A stretch of 64,000 bases of DNA from Bacteriovoracia bacterium (GTDB lineage Bacteria; Bdellovibrionota; UBA1018; JBFWNL01): assembly GCA_050251055.1 (NCBI GenBank), contig JBFWNL010000006.1, forward strand, positions 1 through 64,000, read 5' to 3'. The notes beneath the pieces are model-generated. The model was not told the DNA's origin, searched no databases, and was given only the letters and a program-made list of their open reading frames with translations. Below are positions 59,871 to 64,000 of this stretch, in pieces. Position 1 is the first letter of the stretch. The number at the start of each line of letters is the position of its first letter. A program made the position numbers and the translations under genes.

Positions 59871-60476
59871 GGGAGATGCCTCGCTCGGTTTAAACCCGAT
59901 TCCGATCAGAAAGATTTCTTTGCTCTCCTTACGGGTGCTTTGGGGTCGCAGGACTTCCACCCGGTTGAAAGCCTCCTTGATCTGCTTACGCAAGGGTTCG
60001 AAGCCTTCGCTGTGGAATAGCTTACAAACGAAGCTGCCTCCGGGCAGGAGGTACTTTCGGGCGGCGGTCAAAGCCATTTCGCAAAGCTCGAGCGAGCGGG
60101 CTTGGTCGGTCACTCGAATGCCCGTCGTCCGCGGCGCCATATCCGAAAGCACGGAGTGAAACTTCGGCTGCATATCGTACTGGCGGAACACTTCCGTGAG
60201 ATCCGTCGTGAGGAAATCCCCCTGGACAAAAACCGCGTTAGGCAATGTCAGCCGGACTTCCTGTAGGTCGATCCCCAGGAGTCTCCCCATTTTTCCGATT
60301 TTTCCGGAGACATACTGCGACCACGAACCCGGGGCCGCGCCCAAGTCGAGCACCTGATCGCCGGACTTGATCAGGCGGAATTTTTTATCAATTTCCTCGA
60401 GCTTGTAAACCGAGCGCGCGGCGAAGTTGTCTTCTTTTGCCTTGCGGAAATAATAGTCTTTTCGGTTGTAAGTCAC
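59847..60476 (-). CDS. rlmE: 23S rRNA Um2552 methyltransferase
   Basis: ARSVYKL, DLGAAPGSWSQ, LSDMAP, KESKEIF. Confidence 0.95.
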   Translation of the reverse strand: MTYNRKDYYFRKAKEDNFAARSVYKLEEIDKKFRLIKSGDQVLDLGAAPGSWSQYVSGKIGKMGRLLGIDLQEVRLTLPNAVFVQGDFLTTDLTEVFRQYDMQPKFHSVLSDMAPRTTGIRVTDQARSLELCEMALTAARKYLLPGGSFVCKLFHSEGFEPLRKQIKEAFNRVEVLRPQSTRKESKEIFLIGIGFKPSEASPSVTAPSE

Positions 60477-60488
60477 GCGGTCGTAGAC

Positions 60489-61421
60489 TTACCCGAATAC
60501 CTCGGAATAATCCAGTACGGGTTCCACGCAGCAATTCGCGGCTTCAAAATAAGGAGCCCAATCCGACCAGTCCCGTCTTCCGAAGGCGGCCTGGACGAGC
60601 TCAATCACCTGGGCGGCTTCCGATCCCCTCGCGTATCCTTGCCCCCGGAGCTCGTTTAGCTCGAGGACTTCACAGAGTTTTTCCCAGAATTTTTGTTCCA
60701 CGGCACCCACGGTTACGCGCCGGCCGTCACGGCATCGATAGATGCGATAGCAGGGGAAGGCGCCCGTGAAGAGCGTCGTATCGGGCGCGGGCAGGTGTCC
60801 GGTGCCGGCGTACTCGCGCGCGAAGTAGTGCTGCACTTCCCGCAAGGTGTCGTAGAAGTTGACGACCACGCGCGCTCCGCGCCGGGATTTTTCCGTCAAA
60901 CGCAGCTGGGCCAGGAATCGGATGGCGGCAGCGTCCACCGTGAAGAAATCCCCGAGCGGCAGTCCGGGTAGCTCGCGGCTCAACGAGAGAAGGCCAGTAC
61001 GGGCTTGGAAATTAATGTCATGCCCCGCGCGGTCTTTGAGTGCGCCGCGCTCCGGGTAGCCGGTGATGCTCAGGATGATCAAGCGCGGGTTGATCCGGTG
61101 CAAGCTCCGCTGGTCCAGGCCCAACTTCCGTTTTGCGGCGGGCCGAAACGCTTCAATCACGGCGTCGGCTTTTTTCACGAGCGTGGAAAACCGCTTTCGA
61201 TCGGCGGGTTCCTTTAAGTTCAACTTGATGATCTGCTTTCCGCGATTCAACTCCCGATAAAACGTCCTGCCTAGCGCCTTCACGCCGTCCGGCTGATCCG
61301 GATTCTCGATACGAATGACCCGCGCGCCCAAACCGCGGAGTTTTTGCGCGAGCGATGGCCCCGGCATGAGCGTCGCGCAGTCGATGACGGTTTTTCCGGA
61401 GAGAGGCTTACGCGCGGCCAT
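60489..61421 (-). CDS. CaiB/BaiF CoA-transferase family protein
   Basis: LGARVIRIE, NRGK, EAFRP, AGHDINF. Confidence 0.88.
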   Translation of the reverse strand: MAARKPLSGKTVIDCATLMPGPSLAQKLRGLGARVIRIENPDQPDGVKALGRTFYRELNRGKQIIKLNLKEPADRKRFSTLVKKADAVIEAFRPAAKRKLGLDQRSLHRINPRLIILSITGYPERGALKDRAGHDINFQARTGLLSLSRELPGLPLGDFFTVDAAAIRFLAQLRLTEKSRRGARVVVNFYDTLREVQHYFAREYAGTGHLPAPDTTLFTGAFPCYRIYRCRDGRRVTVGAVEQKFWEKLCEVLELNELRGQGYARGSEAAQVIELVQAAFGRRDWSDWAPYFEAANCCVEPVLDYSEVFG

Positions 61422-61423
61422 GG

Positions 61424-62170
61424 TTAAATAAACCGGCTAAAATACTTGCGGCTTTCTTCGAAAACGTAAGAAGCGATATGTTGGGCGTCCGCGGGTTTGA
61501 GATTTTGCAGCTGCAGGCCGATCTTCACGCCCGGGGGTTTGGCGTCTCGCGTGTTCGTCATCATTTTGATATGCTTCACTTCCGCGTCGCATTTAATATC
61601 ACGGCTACGGACCTGGAAGCGGATGTTCCGTAGCTTCAGGCCGACCGTGAACATCGCCTCCTCGTCGGTCTTGACGATGAACGAGATGCCGCCCGCACTG
61701 ATGTCATAGACTTTCTTCTGCAGCTTGTTTTCCGGGAAAAGTGGATCCTCCACCTCGATCTTGATCGCGTAGCCATCCGGCACGGGCATGCGGAAATCCT
61801 TGCGCCGCTGGACCTTATAGATCTGTTCCGGATACTCGAACGCCAGGCCCTCCTGGTTGATGTCCTTGAACTTAGTCTTAAAAAAAATATTGGCGCGCGT
61901 AAGCGAAACGCTGAAGTAGCACGAAGGATCCTTGATCTTTTGGAGTTCGCGGATGAACGCGTCGGGATTGAAGTTCTTGGGCATCCACGCGTAAATCGTT
62001 TTTTGTTCCTCGGTGTACCCCACGAGGTGGGTGTTCACGACCTGCTCTTGGTCCTTGGTCCAGATGATGGTGGACGCGAACACCTTGGCGCCTTCGCGCA
62101 TGAGCATGCGCGATTCCTTGGCGTCTTCAATCGGGACAAACGCGCGATTGGAATCTTCGCCTTTGGCCAT
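61424..62170 (-). CDS. YcgR-like PilZ-domain protein
   Basis: QRRKDFR (RxxxR) and DISAGG (DxSxxG) c-di-GMP motifs. Confidence 0.85.
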   Translation of the reverse strand: MAKGEDSNRAFVPIEDAKESRMLMREGAKVFASTIIWTKDQEQVVNTHLVGYTEEQKTIYAWMPKNFNPDAFIRELQKIKDPSCYFSVSLTRANIFFKTKFKDINQEGLAFEYPEQIYKVQRRKDFRMPVPDGYAIKIEVEDPLFPENKLQKKVYDISAGGISFIVKTDEEAMFTVGLKLRNIRFQVRSRDIKCDAEVKHIKMMTNTRDAKPPGVKIGLQLQNLKPADAQHIASYVFEESRKYFSRFI

Positions 62171-62176
62171 AGTCGG

Positions 62177-63208
<1,032 letters not shown>

Positions 63209-63235
63209 TCAGTTTTCACCGACATTTTACCGAGC

Positions 63236-64000
63236 TCACCACTTGTAATGCCGAATATGCTCACCGCGCTGGGCGATTTCGCTCATGGATTTGATGCCGA
63301 TTTCCAAGTGAAGATCCGTGAAGTTGCGGAACACCGACCGCGCGGATTTCTTCGTCTTGATCCCGCCGCGCTTGAGCGGCAAGTCCGAAACCAACAGCAA
63401 CGCCCCGATCGGGACTTTGCTCACGAAACCACCTACGAATAGGGTCGCACATTCCATTTCGATCGCCAAGGCCCGTTCTTCGTACAGTTCCGCCTTGAAT
63501 TGCTCGTCGAATTCCCAGAAGCGGTAGTTCGTGGTGTGGACCACGCCGGTACGGTAATCGTGCCCTTTTTCGACCAAAATCTCGGAAACGAATTTTTGAA
63601 TTTTGAACGTCGGCAGCGCCGGCGTTTGCATCGGCATAAAATGCCGGGACGTTCCTTCGTCGCGGATCGCGGCCGTCGGCACGATGAAGTCGCCGACCTT
63701 GAGCGAGCGATGCAGGCCGCCGCACATTCCGAGCAGCAGCACGGCCTTGGGTTCCACGCACGCGAGCAGCTCGATGATGAGTGCGGCCGTGGGCGAGCCG
63801 ATCGAGAAATCCACGATCGAAACCCCGGCGCTCTTGCTATGCACGACGCTCATCGCGGAACCTTTGGTCGTGCGGTCGCCGCAAATTTTCTCGAAGCGTT
63901 GGATGTAGTAATCAAAGTTGGTCAGAATGATCTGCTTTTGAAACATGCTGGCCGAACTTCCAGTGTAACGTTCCAGCATGTCGGCTGCGATTTTCGCCTT
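63236..64000 (-). CDS. amn: AMP nucleosidase, short type (5' end off window)
   Basis: LERYTG, ILTNF, IGSPTAA, AIRDEGTS, TTNYRFWE, IEMECAT, LLVSDLP. Confidence 0.9.
   Translation of the reverse strand, partial: KAKIAADMLERYTGSSASMFQKQIILTNFDYYIQRFEKICGDRTTKGSAMSVVHSKSAGVSIVDFSIGSPTAALIIELLACVEPKAVLLLGMCGGLHRSLKVGDFIVPTAAIRDEGTSRHFMPMQTPALPTFKIQKFVSEILVEKGHDYRTGVVHTTNYRFWEFDEQFKAELYEERALAIEMECATLFVGGFVSKVPIGALLLVSDLPLKRGGIKTKKSARSVFRNFTDLHLEIGIKSMSEIAQRGEHIRHYKW

Overview
GC-rich bacterial chromosomal segment. The gene content (orphan secreted proteins, PilZ proteins, Flp-like pilin, stand-alone mreB, long-form PhhA, STAS/zinc-ribbon protein) suggests Bdellovibrionota or a related deltaproteobacterial-type predator; this is inference. 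It is mostly housekeeping: maf-yggS-tRNA-Arg(CCG), tadA, phhA, pruA, a full heme operon with an embedded two-component system, rnhA, ileS-lspA-lgt, a Btu/Fec-type ABC importer, galU, priA, lepB, lptG, def-fmt-rpe-hutHUI, rlmE, mreB and amn. I saw no integrase, transposase, cas gene, CRISPR array or rRNA. Most notable: (1) a ~400-nt, T-depleted, covarying hairpin-GGAGC array directly behind tRNA-Arg (candidate new structured RNA or ssDNA element); (2) a Leptospira-like HemK/HemR heme-control system with a matching TGAC-N6-TGACA box at the hemA promoter; (3) a divergent PP2C / STAS-zinc-ribbon / receiver-RsbW partner-switching module linked to a FecR-like protein; (4) sigma54 and sigma28 promoters on orphan genes, several of whose products end in an Ala-Ala degron-like tail; (5) an orphan wHTH-nucleotidyltransferase translationally coupled to ileS. 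Functional calls rest on motif recognition by eye; no searches were run. Several starts were moved from the ORF track to the most plausible codon.
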